From Felis catus (taxonomy: Eukaryota), in the NCBI RefSeq assembly GCF_018350175.1, contig NC_058368.1:117058001-117122000 (forward strand): DNA of 64,000 bases, in the 5' to 3' direction. A program made the translations under genes and the position numbers. Positions 1 through 11,017 of this stretch are shown piece after piece (within the stretch, counting starts at the first letter, position 1; every line of letters starts with the position of its first letter). The notes below the pieces were generated by a model. That model was not told the origin of the DNA. It was given only the letters and a program-made list of their open reading frames with translations, and did not search any database.

Positions 1-1441
1 ACCAATTCTACAAAATTTTACCATAATTCTATCAACTCATATGTTCCTCACTGTAGCCTCTATTGGGATATTATCCACAGGTTTTGATTTTACTATACTA
101 GGTAGAGGAAGAGTTCCTCAGCCATATAGAATGTCCATTCCCATATAAAACATTGAGTAAAGTTGACACAACCTCTTTTTTTTTAAATTTTTTTTAATGT
201 TTATTTTTGACAGAGAGAGAGAGAGACAGAGAGACAGAGAGACAGAGAGCGAACAGGGAAGGGGAAGAGAGAGAGAGGGAGACACAGAATTCGAAGCAGG
301 CTCTAGGCTCTCAGCTGTCAGCCCAGAGCCAAATGTGGGGCTCAAACTCACAAGCCATGAAATCATGACCTGAGCTGAAGTCGGACACTTAGCTGACTGA
401 GTCACCCAGGTGCCCCAACACAACATCTTTACATAATACTTGCTTTAACATTCTGTCTTTCATAATCTGACCAATCATTAAGGTTTTAGGTAATCTCAAC
501 CTAATTGTAGCCCAAATCATGGCTTCACCAGTGGGCTTTGGTACCACATTATGTGGGACTTCCATATCAAGGAGTCCTGGAAACTTCTCTTCTTCACCCC
601 TTGACCATTTTAACCACTCTTGTGCAAAAGGCTTTGGGTCCCCTGTGAGAGGCCAAGTCATGGGATGCTGGCTCTTTTGTCAGTCTTTATCTTGATTAAT
701 CTGCCTGACCAATGTCCCCAAGGGATTTCTGGTTAAGTTTCTCATTGTAATCTCTACCTTCTGACTTTTTACATGTCTCCAAACAGGGGTAAAGAGAGTT
801 AGACTTGTTTGGGGGTCCTTTAATGTTGGGAGGCCAACAAGGAGGTCCCTTTGGCCTGCCCAACCTTAGGTAGTGCTGTATTAAAACCTTTGTTTAATGT
901 AATCAGTGTCCATTTTATTTACCCCATTTTTAAGTAGTCATCTAAAGATTTCCACCCTGCTAGGACAAGTCCTATGGCTCCCTCCTTTTTGTTTCCTCTT
1001 TATTTTGTTCCCATAAACATTCATTCTATTCATCTATTCCTTACTAACCATTTAAAAATTTCCACCTTTTTTGGGAAGAGTACTTTGTCTCTCCCCTGGC
1101 TCTCCCCAACTCTTGTTAATTAATTTAATGTTTTTATTAGCATGTAGAAGACTCTTAGGGAGAAGCTGAGACAGAAAATTCGATTAGGCATCCCAAACTG
1201 TTTTTTGGTTTTGCAACAATAAGGTAATATGGGATGCCCATGTGAAAGGGCCTGCCCTAAATACAGCATTTACAATGATCTAGGTGATGGGCATATTCAG
1301 TGGGCGAGTATCACCGTCATCATAAAGCCAATCCCACACAGTTTGCATGTGAAGTGTATAAGTAGCTTCATCTGGGCTGTTCCACTTGGCATTTCTAGAG
1401 GGAGATGGACAGTTCCTCTTCTCAGGGTAAACATACCTTAC
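1..1441 (-). mobile_element. Degenerate class III (ERVL-like) endogenous retrovirus internal fragment, gag-pro region, interrupted by a SINE
   Basis: Minus-strand translations resemble ERVL gag (KWNSPDEATYTLHMQTVWDWLYDDGDTRPLNMPIT*IIVNAVFRAGP, ~1245-1390) and the protease region (GDPKPFAQEWLKWSRGEEEKFPGLLD, ~570-645; MGMDILYG, ~120-145), in gag-then-pro order, with stops. Confidence 0.6.
176..416 (-). mobile_element. Can-SINE (SINEC_Fc-like)
   Basis: Reverse complement of the ggggcacctgggtg... head, (CT)n body and A-rich tail. Confidence 0.9.
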
Positions 1442-1446
1442 AGTGG

Positions 1447-1589
1447 CCCTGCGTCAGGCTCTGTGCTGACAGAGCCTGGAGCCTGCTTCAGATTCTGTGT
1501 TTCCCCCTCTGTCTACCCCTCCCCTGCTCACGCTCTGTGTCTCTCTGTCTCTCAATAATAAATAAATGTTAAAAAAATTGTTTAAAAAG
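1447..1589 (+). mobile_element. 5'-truncated Can-SINE
   Basis: ggctctgtgctgacag...gagcctgcttcagattctgtgt body followed by an A-rich tail. Confidence 0.85.
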
Positions 1590-2081
1590 ATACTGGCCCT
1601 GGAATAAAAGATTAATAAATTTGTATTAAAATCAAGGACTTGGACTCACCAATAGACATCTTAAAGATGTAAAAAGGACAAGTCCTGAGAATGTAATGTA
1701 CAGCATGGTGACTATAGTTGATACTACTGTATTGTACATTTAAAAGTTTCTAAGAGACCAGATCTTAACATTTTTCATCTCAAGAAAAATATTATAACTA
1801 TGTGTGGTGGTTGGATGATAACTAGACTTATTGTGGGGATCATTTCATTTCATTCCATAATACATACAAATATTGAATCATGTTGTACCTCTGAAACTAA
1901 CATGTTACATGTCAACTAAACCTCAATAAAAACAAAAGATATGATAAGGTACAAGCCAGGCATTATCTACTAAATTGCATAATTACTCCTAAATAAATGC
2001 CTGAGAGTTCCATAATTTCTATTCCCAGTTATATATCCAAGAGAAACTCTGGCACATTTACATCAAGAGGTATATATGAGA

Positions 2082-2307
2082 GGGGCGCCTGGTTGGCTCA
2101 GTCAGATGAGTGTCTGACTTTGGCTCAGGTCATGATCTCGTGGTTTGTGGGTTTGAGCCCCGCATCGGGCTCTGTGCTGACAGCTCAGAGCTTGGAGCTT
2201 GCTTCCAATTCTGTGTTTCCTTCTCTCTCTGCCCCTCCCCCACTTGTGCTCTGTCTCTCTCTATCAAAAATAAATAAACGTAAAAAAATTTTTTAAATAA
2301 AAAAAAG
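2082..2307 (+). mobile_element. Can-SINE (SINEC_Fc-like)
   Basis: Full head, body and tail; flanking aagaggtata repeats consistent with a target-site duplication. Confidence 0.9.
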
Positions 2308-3059
2308 AGGTATAAGAATATTTATATTAGCTGTGTGCACAAGAGAAAATATCAGGAAACAATCCATATGCCCACCAACTAATGAGTAAATGACGGTAGA
2401 CTCACAAAATGGAATGTTTTACAGTAGCCAAAATAAATGAATTACAGTAACACAACATTATTGGATTTTAAGAATAAATATTAAGTGGAAAAATAAGTAG
2501 CAAAGTATTACATACAGTATTTTTACCTTTACTATAAAGTTTAAAACAACTAAATGAAAAATATATACAGGGAGTAATCTATAATACACTAAAAGCATAT
2601 TCAAAAGAGCAAAGAATGATGTACATAGAATCCGGGATGATGATTATCTTCATTTGGTGAAGGTGGGGACAGGTATGAGGGACCATGTATATGGGTAGAT
2701 GTAGATTATTACCAAGTCCCTAGCATTTGGGGGAGGTGCTATGTTTATAAATTCCCATTACTATTTAGATTTATAACTAGACAGAGAAATAGAAAGATAG
2801 ATGATATTGGATGTATAAGTAGATAAATCATGTAGGTCATATATGGACTAATGATGACAGTTTATTATAATCCAATTCTGTGAACTTGAGTTTTAACTAG
2901 ATTTAAAAAAAAATACTGCATATGTGATAGAACATAAGCACATGGAATTACCAATGAAGTATTCTCGCTAAAATATTTAACTTCAACCAAGCCTTCCCTC
3001 AAGGACACAAAGCCCAGAAACCCAGGGGCCTTCCTGTATTACAGAAGACAGGAATAGCA

Positions 3060-3608
3060 CCATGGTAGTCTCCACATTAAGAGCTGAAGACTAACTCTGC
3101 TGTGCAGCTTCTTGATGACCCAATGGACACCTGAGTCTGAGAATATTCTTATGTCTGGTGTCAAGGACACAAGGAAGACTTTTTGTGGGCAACATCTCCA
3201 AGAACTAGATTGGGAACCCAGAGTGCTGCCTAGAGAAGAGTAAGCCATTTCTCCAAAGGCAGAAAGAAGCCTTTCCTCTGAATGCACCAAAAAGCCATTT
3301 GTCTTTTAACAGAAAAGAAGGTACATGGAAGGTTGCCCTAGTTAAGGCCTGCCAAGAGTCCAGGTGGCTGATGAGAACCTAATGAAACGACTTTAGGCTG
3401 GAGTAGAACTACTCATTATAAAGACGACCATCTGGGGTGCCTGGATGACTTGGTTGAGCACCCAACTCTTGATTTTGGTTCAGGTCATGATCTTACAGTT
3501 TGTGGATTTGAGCCCCACATCAGGCTACATGCTGGCAGTGTGAAGTCTGCTTGAGATTCTCCCTCTGGTCCTCCCCAACTTGTGCTGTCTCTCAAAATAA
3601 ATAAATAA

Positions 3609-3648
<40 letters not shown>

Positions 3649-4560
3649 ATAAATAAATAAGACAACAATCTGGCTTCCTCTTGGCAGACATAATACCCTT
3701 TCTGGGGAAATCCTCCCACCCCCTGAATGTGCAGGATTGTTAACAGACATCTATTTCTATAAAACTGTTTACCCACTGTGGAGTTTTTCACCTCAAGATA
3801 CATATTTAAAGCCAGTAATACCAAATGTTTTGTACTGTTTTCAAAAAAGCCATTAAGCCTGTTGCAGTGAACCAGTCATCAGTTGACCACCATCAACCTG
3901 AAAAAGGTCAGGACACAGGAAGATGCTAATCTACCTCTTAAACATCATTGACAAAGAGTAATCGTTGGCATCAGGAGGGAGCTGAGAACACTGTGGATGG
4001 TGCAGCACATGAAGCAGGCCACAGGCTTGGATAATAGTTCCAACACTGAATTAATTAACTTTCTAAAAACGTTCTCAGCAAAGACTTCTGGGCCATTCCA
4101 CATGAATCTGGACAGACCAGAGAGATTAGAGAGTTACAGGCTTTCAGTGGTGCTCAAGTTGGAAATGCAGACTCCAGATAGAGGGTACTTTCTGAATTTG
4201 AGCCAAAATCTCCTGTGAGTATTTTATGTACACAACTACTTCCTAGAAGTATCATCACTTGTCTTTAGAACCCTGGGCCAAAAAAAAAAAATTAACCTAT
4301 TTTTCTTTCAAATTCAGCAACTTGGAGATATTTTCTTGTTTGAACAAGAAAAATTTTTTGAACAATTTTCTTGTTCAAACAAAATATCAGCTTTGATGCT
4401 CCATTGCCAGATATGGTCCTTCTGAGGTATCACATATACTGAACAATTGCTACAGCTTGGTATCCCATGAAAGCTAGACAAAGAATGAATTTCTAGCTAC
4501 AACATCACTGTAGCATTGTAAGATGCAGACCATCTGGCTCTGACAGTATACCAAAAGGTA
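3060..4560 (+). pseudogene. Highly degenerate clustered protocadherin variable-exon relic 1 (EC1 to about EC4)
   Basis: 24-nt exact match (tttgtgggcaacatctccaagaac, FVGNISKN; 3182-3205) to PCDHGA3 at 44814-44837. Colinear motifs follow: KKPLSLLQ*TSHQLT (~3845-3890), QATGLDNSSNTELIN (~4015-4060), LEMQTPDRG (~4160-4185), NNCYSLV (4442-4462), LDKE*ISSYNITV (4474-4512). Stops, frameshifts and a SINE insertion. Confidence 0.75.
3434..3660 (+). mobile_element. Can-SINE with (GATA)n microsatellite in its tail
   Basis: SINE head and body; tail contains a tagatagata... repeat at ~3609-3647; diverged TSD aagacgaccatct / aagacaacaatct. Confidence 0.85.
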
Positions 4561-4990
4561 TAATAAATATCAGAAAAGATTTTTCAAAGATGAGGATTAA
4601 ATTACATTATGTCAAAGTGAAGTTTAAAATAAGACCAGGCATCAGAACAACAGATTTGACAATTTACATCTTAGAGATAAATAACCGTCTTACTACACAC
4701 ACAAATAAATGGTAACTGTGAGGTGATGGATGTGTTAACAAACCTAATTGTGGTAATCATTTCACAAGATATACATATGTCAAATCATCACATTGTAAAC
4801 CTTAACTTACACAATGTTATCTGTCAATTAAATCTCAATAAAACTATGGAGAAAAATACCATGCACCAATTTAAGGAATACAAAAAACCCAACAATACAA
4901 AAACAAAACACAACTAAGGGAAAGAGGCAGCTCCTGAAATTCAGAGATCCCATCACTCATTTTACACACACATACAATTTGGATTCTACC

Positions 4991-5188
4991 TTTTTTAATG
5001 TGTATTTATTTTTGAGAGAGAAAGAGAGCATGAGCAAGGGAGGGACAGATAGAGAGGGGGACAGAGGATTTGAAGTGGGCTCTGCGCTGACAGCAGACAG
5101 CCTGATACAGGGCTCCAACTCAAGAATTGCGAGATCACGACCTGAGCTGAAGTCAGATGCATAACCCACTGAGCTACACAGGAACCCC
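4991..5188 (-). mobile_element. Can-SINE
   Basis: Reverse-complement SINE flanked by gattctac repeats. Confidence 0.85.
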
Positions 5189-5222
5189 TAGATTCTACTT
5201 TTTCATATAAAATTTTATTCTA

Positions 5223-5388
5223 GGGGCACCTGGGTGGCTCTGTCAGTTAAGCATCCCAACTTTAGCTCAGGTCATGATCTCATGGCTCATGGGCTCGAGC
5301 CCCGCATTGGGTTCTGTGCTGGCAGTTCAGAACCTGCAGCCTGCTTTGGATTCTGTGCCTCCCTCTCTCTCTGCCCCTCCCCTGCTCA

Positions 5389-5424
<36 letters not shown>

Positions 5425-5440
5425 CAAACACTAAAAAAAT
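5223..5440 (+). mobile_element. Can-SINE
   Basis: ggggcacctgggtggctc head, (CT)n tract, A tail, aattttattcta TSD. Confidence 0.9.
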
Positions 5441-5812
5441 TTTTTTTTAATTTTATTCTAGAATATCATTCTTCTAACTGTAAAACAAACATCTAAACCA
5501 TCAGATCCTTGAGGATAGAAACCAAATACATTAATGTCTGAATACCCAGAGGTAAATATGGTACATTATAAATGATGTGAATTAAATATTTTTAATTGGG
5601 TAAATAATTTAATAATATAAAACTCCAAATTTCTCTAAACACATTATTTCAAGTTACCTTATCTTTGTCTGGAGTACAGATCTAAAATTATACAAATTGT
5701 ATCCAAATATCAAATCATAAGTTAAGCAAATTGAGTGGAAAAAAATTCTCCTGACTTAGAATTTGTTCTTTCTTAGCTGACTCAAACTATTTTTTTTAAG
5801 TTTACTTATTTT

Positions 5813-6020
5813 GGGGTGCCTGGGTGGCTCAGTCAGTTAAGCGACCAACTTCAGCTCAGGTCATGATCTCGTGGTTTGTGAGTTCGAGCCCCGTGTCTGG
5901 CTCTGTGCTGACAGCTGGGAGCCTGGAGCCTGCTTCGGATTCTGTGTCTCCGACTCTCACTGCCCCTCCCTCACTTGTGCTCTCTCTCTGTCTATCAAAA
6001 ATAAATAAAATGTAAAAAAT
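5813..6020 (+). mobile_element. Can-SINE inserted in the tail of a partial minus-strand SINE (~6021-6140)
   Basis: Typical head, body and tail; an opposite-strand SINE fragment is adjacent. Confidence 0.85.
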
Positions 6021-6391
6021 AAGTTTATTTATTTTGAGGGTTGGGACAGAGAGGGAGATAGAGAATCCCAAGAAGGCTCTGCACTGTCAGCACAGAGCCC
6101 AACATGGGGCTTGAACTCAGGCACTGTAAGATCATGACCTATTTCTTTTGAAAACTATTTCTTTTGAAGATATTGTTAAACCTTTGATAGACAACACGTA
6201 GAAAGGTATGCCAACAACAGGAGTGAGACAAGCTCACAAGTGCTGGGCAGGGGGCCTGTGGACTCTGAAGACATTCACTTCCTGCTGGAAGCCAGTTCTG
6301 CTCTCTCTTCTTCCTTAATCCAGGTCTGTTTGGATGAAGTTCCACTAAGTAGCTACTGACCATTTAAGTATGAAATGTAGAACATAAATGT

Positions 6392-7095
6392 GGGAATGCA
6401 AGCTTGTCCAGCCACTCTGGAAAACAGCCTGGAGGTTCCTCAAAAAACTAAAAACGGAACTACCCTAATGACCCAGCAATTGCACTACTAGGCATTTATC
6501 CACAGGATACAGGTATGCTGTTTTGAAGCGAGACATGCACCCCCATGTTTATAGCAGCACTATCAACAATAGCCAAAGTATGGAAAGAGCCCAAACGTCC
6601 ATCGATGGATGAATGGATAAAGAAGATGTGGAATGGAGTATATGCAATGGAGTATTACTCGGCCATCAAAAGGAATGAAATCTTGCCATTTGCAACTATA
6701 TGGATGGAGCCGAAAGGTATTATGCTAAGTGAAATTAGTCAGAGAAAGACAAAAACCATATGACTTCACTCATATGAGGACTTTAAGAGACAAAACAGAT
6801 GAACCTAAGGGAAGGGAAACAAAAATAATATAAAAACAGGGAGGGGGACAAAACAGAAGAGACTCATAAATATGGAGAACAAACTGAGGATTCCTGGAGG
6901 GGTTGTGGGAGGGGGGGATGGGCTAAATGGGTAAGGGGCACTAAGGAATCTACTCCTGAAATCGTTGTTGCACTATATGCTAACTAATTTGGATGTAAAT
7001 TTAAAAAATAAAAAAGAAAATTAAAAGAAAAAAAAAACAATTGAAGGCTTGAAAGGACAGCTATTAAAGACCTATCATTATCACTATAAAAAAAA
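6392..7095 (+). mobile_element. 5'-truncated carnivore LINE-1 (ORF2 C-terminus + 3' UTR + poly-A) with a short 3' transduction
   Basis: ORF2 C-terminal peptide MFIAALSTIAKVWKEPKRPSMDEWIKKMW...EILPFATIWME; A-tail ~7001-7037; 13-bp TSD agaacataaatgt at 6379-6391 and 7096-7108. Confidence 0.92.
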
Positions 7096-7143
7096 AGAAC
7101 ATAAATGTATAAGTAACTCAAAAGTAAAGTAGAAAAATGGTTT

Positions 7144-7590
7144 GGGGCACCAGGAGGGCTCGGTCGGTTAAGTATCCAACTTCAGTTCAGGTCATGATCT
7201 CATGATCCGTGAGTTCAAGCCCCTCGTCGGGCTCTGTGCTGACAGCTCAGAGCCTGGAGCCTGCTTCAGATTCTTATGTCCCTCTGTCTTTCTGCTCCTC
7301 CCCCTCTCACACTCTGTCTCTCTCAAAAATAAACATTAAAGGGGCACCTGGGTGGCTCAGTGGGTTAAACGTCCAACTCCAGCTCAGGTCATGATCTCAC
7401 GGTCCGTGAGTTCAAGCCCCACGTGGGGCTCTGTGCTGACAGCTCAGAGCCTGGAGCCCGTTTCAGATTCTGTGTCTCCCTCTCTCTCTCTGCCCCTCCC
7501 CTGTTCATGTTCTGTCTCTCTCTGTCTCAAAAATAAATAAATGTTAAAAAAAATTTTTTAAATAAAAAAAATACACATTAAAAAATTTTT
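7144..7590 (+). mobile_element. Two Can-SINEs, the second (7341-~7570) inserted in the tail of the first
   Basis: Two consecutive SINE heads at 7144 and 7341; the tail sequence acattaaa is repeated around the inner copy. Confidence 0.88.
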
Positions 7591-8754
7591 TTAAGTAGAA
7601 AAGTGGTTTTCTTTTAAAGAAAAAGCAAATGGAAGACCAACCATTGCTCTCCAGCACACCAAGCCCAACACTGAGTTTTCCCTCCCCAAACGTCTGCCGC
7701 AATCCCCATTTGTCAACATCGCATTTCTCTGACCCTCTTGTTTCTGGGACTATGCCTAGAATTACTACGGAAGCTTCACAGATAGCAAAAAGCTAAGGGG
7801 AACTGGAGATTCCACACAAAATTTCCAATGGTGATAGATACACATGGTGTGGACTACTACTAAAACTGGTAGCTGGCTTGCTTTCAGCTTTCCAGGGTGT
7901 TTAAAAACAGTTTTTATTGAGAGAAATTCTGCTTGTCTTTGAGCAGCAAGGAATAATGAGGCTTACTTTGGTTGTAACAAGAATGACCCCCTATACCATA
8001 TGGCCAAAGAACAGTTGCTCATCTACAAGTCTGTGTGGATCAGATGAAATATGTTTTGTTTTTTTGTTTTCTGGGTTTTTCTTTTATCAGTGCTCTACAC
8101 ATACATATGATATAATTTAATAAATTGCTTTTCTCATGTTTCATTGCTTTATAAAGTTACACCCAATATACAGTCATCAATAAATTTCCCTGATGGCCAA
8201 TATCAAATTTAGAAGCTTCCAACATGTAAAAGAATGACAAAGAGTTATAGATCCTGAAGTAGATTTCAGGATGGGTCAGCCCTAGCATTATTTACTGTGG
8301 AGTGCAAGTATTAAGTTCTGTTTGGTTTTTCCTGTGAGGAGAGAACTTCATCTACTTGCTCGCCAAACAATGAGCAAAGGATCCCTTGGCTTTGGTGCTC
8401 TATGTTCCCTGGAAGGGTTTCTGACTGTTGGAGGCAGAGAGGACAATGAATGGTCCAAAGTGCTTCAATAGCCCCATTCCATTAATCCGTCCCTCAATCT
8501 AAAGCCCAGCAGAGGGGAAGCTCTTTGGGAGGGAAAAAGAGGGAAAGTTGGTACAGATGAAGGCTGCACTACTTCCCCAAGTCCTGATGCTGTAGGCTAC
8601 ACCTAACTAAGAGTGCCGAATATGATCCCACTTTGAAAGTGAATGCCACTATGTTAAGAATAGAGAAATTGCAGGAGGCTTACTCTGAAATTGTACTCAA
8701 CAATGTGGAAGCCACATCAGTATGCAAGTATGTTGTCCTCTTAAAAATCTAGGT

Positions 8755-9004
8755 GGGGAGGCGCCTGGGTGGCGCAGTCGGTTAAGCGTCTGACTTCAGC
8801 CAGGTCACGATCTTGCGGTCCATGAGTTCGAGCCCCACGTCAGGCTCTGGGCTGATGGCTCAGAGCCTGGAGCCTGTTTCCAATTCTGTGTCTCCCTCTC
8901 TTTCTGCCCCTCCCCCGTTCATGCTCTGTCTCTCTCCCAAAAATAAATAAAAATAAAAAAAAAAAGAAAAAAAAAAAAGAAGAAGTGATTCCTATTTAAA
9001 AAAA
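8755..9004 (+). mobile_element. Young SINEC_Fc-like element with a compound tail
   Basis: Near-consensus sequence retaining CpGs; TSD aaaaatctaggtggg at 8743-8757 and 9005-9019. Confidence 0.9.
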
Positions 9005-9531
9005 AAAAATCTAGGTGGGTATTTGGGGTTTCAAGCACCACACAAAAACTTTTTAAAAACTTTAATTGCCTAGTATAGAGAACATGTTAAGCAGAATGGG
9101 TTAAGCTATCATTTATGATCATCTTCATGAAACATGGTTACCTCTTTCTGCTGATATGACATTAAACATGGGACCAAACTGTTTTACTCACAACAGATAA
9201 CCAACTAAACTGCATGTACATGTACAGGTTTATGCAAAAGCCGTGATATAACTAGATTTAGCATTCAGAACAGGTTCACAGACCACCAGCTCACTCTGTA
9301 TATCCCACCAAACACAAGAGCAGTCATCTTCTATTTTAATACAATTATGGGTAGAAATTATATGATGTAAAATAGAAGATCTTCCATAAAGTTTAGGGTA
9401 GAAGAAGGGAAGACAAAAACAAAATTCCCATGAAGTAAAAAATAATTCCACATTGGTCCAGTACTCCATGAAACCAGAGATAAACTATAGTCCTCTAAGG
9501 CATTTACTGAGATCCAGTTCACCAAGACACT

Positions 9532-10437
9532 TCAATATGCTTCAAACTGGCTCATCATCATCCTCCTGCTATATTCATAAGCTAAAAATAGTGATCCATT
9601 GGCAGGGAATGCTCGAATCATAGTAGCTTTCATTCCAGAATATAAGGCTGCTATTCCTTCATTTTCCACAATACTTACAAGAGTTCCCATAAATCCAGCC
9701 TGTTTTCCAGACATGGAAAGAACCTGAATTCTGGATTTGATACAATCCACTGGGTATATGACAAGCCAAAGGCAAATTCCAGCAATTCCACCACTTAGCA
9801 TCAAAGGGACAGGGCCTAGTTCGTCTTTTGATCTCCCTGAGGCAAAAAATGATCGACTCAGTTCATAGCCACCAAAGAAGAAGAAATAGCCCGGTACTTC
9901 TTGAAGTAGAGTGCTCGAAAGTCCGTGGTAGAAGCCCAAGAAGCCATCCTTTCTAAGGATACTCTTCACGACGGACCAGACTGTGTTCTGGCTTTTTGTT
10001 ATTTTCCCTGACATTTCCATTTCGTGCATGGTCTGTAGCCGGCACTTCACAAGCTCAGTGGGGCACAGGGCCAGCGCAGCAAACACGGAGGCGAAGGACC
10101 CCGCAGTTGCGGTCTGTAGTTCACTCAGCTTCTCCTGTTTGTCCAATCCAACTACTTTCTTCACAAGCTGTTGGCAGAAGCCATAGCACATGAAGAGGAC
10201 AGAGTTCTCGGCGACGTAGGCAATCAGCGCTGGGCCAGTCCCCTTGTAGAAGCCGCGGAAACCCACTTGGGAGTACGTCTTCAGGCAGCAGTCGGTGAAG
10301 CTCTTGTACAGGCCGGGGAACGTCTGCATCTTCACTTTCACTGTGTCGAAAGGCTGCCCAGTCAGGACACATGCTGTGCCCCCTATGGCGCCCGCTGTGA
10401 GGTCGATGGTGGCTTGGATGGCAGGATTGGACTTCAT
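9532..10437 (-). CDS. SLC25A2: Mitochondrial ornithine transporter 2 (ORNT2/ORC2), intronless coding sequence
   Basis: 301-aa single-exon ORF starting MKSNPAIQA with three carrier signatures ([24 protein letters not shown]). Gln at position 179 (LLQEVP) distinguishes ORC2 from ORC1/SLC25A15 (Arg). Position beside TAF7 and PCDHG matches known synteny. Confidence 0.96.
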   Translation of the reverse strand: MKSNPAIQATIDLTAGAIGGTACVLTGQPFDTVKVKMQTFPGLYKSFTDCCLKTYSQVGFRGFYKGTGPALIAYVAENSVLFMCYGFCQQLVKKVVGLDKQEKLSELQTATAGSFASVFAALALCPTELVKCRLQTMHEMEMSGKITKSQNTVWSVVKSILRKDGFLGFYHGLSSTLLQEVPGYFFFFGGYELSRSFFASGRSKDELGPVPLMLSGGIAGICLWLVIYPVDCIKSRIQVLSMSGKQAGFMGTLVSIVENEGIAALYSGMKATMIRAFPANGSLFLAYEYSRRMMMSQFEAY

Positions 10438-10439
10438 GT

Positions 10440-10730
10440 TCGCCCACTCTTCCGCTGGTCTCCGTGGGAAGCAACTCTCTGGAGCTCAGGGCAGGCGTCC
10501 CACAGCCAGACGCCCATTCTCCACTCTCCCTCCTCCTGGGGAGAAGCCGCTTAACCTCAGGAGAGGCCTCGGGACGCGCTCCCGCGCACAGAAATAACCC
10601 CCGGCTTGCCGGCGTGCTCGAGGCCCTCCAGCGTGCCCTGCTGCCCGCAGCGCCCGCCCCCCCCCCGCCCCCGCCCCGCCCCCATCCGCCCGGCCCTCCC
10701 CGCACCCGCCCGCCGGGGACGAGGTCTCGG
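10440..10730 (-). promoter_or_regulatory. GC-rich CpG island: 5' UTR or proximal promoter of SLC25A2 with GC boxes
   Basis: High CpG density, repeated ccccgccc (Sp/KLF-type) motifs at 10650-10715, immediately upstream of the ATG. Confidence 0.65.
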
Positions 10731-10800
10731 TACACACTTTTAATGAATTGTAACACAGAGATTGAAAGCTACTTTATAAATTCTTTCATTTAAGGGCAGA

Positions 10801-10820
10801 GACAATAGGCGCCGATGTTC
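10801..10820 (+). promoter_or_regulatory. Degenerate CSE-like element of relic 2
   Basis: gacaataggcgccgatgttc matches the PCDHGA1 CSE gactctgggcgccgctgttc at 16 of 20 positions (core CGCT changed to CGAT); about 200 bp upstream of an atggcggctctgc start. Confidence 0.55.
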
Positions 10821-11017
10821 GTGCTTTCCCCTTCGGCTAGGTTCCCACCTACTCCCCACATTTCTTACTAGGCAAAATAAAAGGGGATATGCTCCTGTTG
10901 GTCGAGCCTGGAGTCAAAGGGTCAAATCTAAAGACACAGAGGTTTCAAACAGAGAAGATAAACTACTTGGGGTTTTTTACATGATAGTCGGTGGCTGCTT
11001 TTGATCAGAAAACTGGA

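Noticed and set aside
2955..2975. Possible CSE for relic 1 (attctcgcta)
   Set aside because: Only the 4-nt CGCT core matches; the flanks do not resemble the other CSEs.
7620..9530. Extent of the SLC25A2 3' UTR, its poly(A) site and a retrogene TSD
   Set aside because: Several weak candidate signals and no clear poly-A remnant or TSD; needs alignment with SLC25A15 mRNA.
10121..10793. Overlapping 100-211 aa ORFs around the SLC25A2 5' end
   Set aside because: Low-complexity Gly/Pro/Arg translations of a GC-rich island with no recognisable domain.
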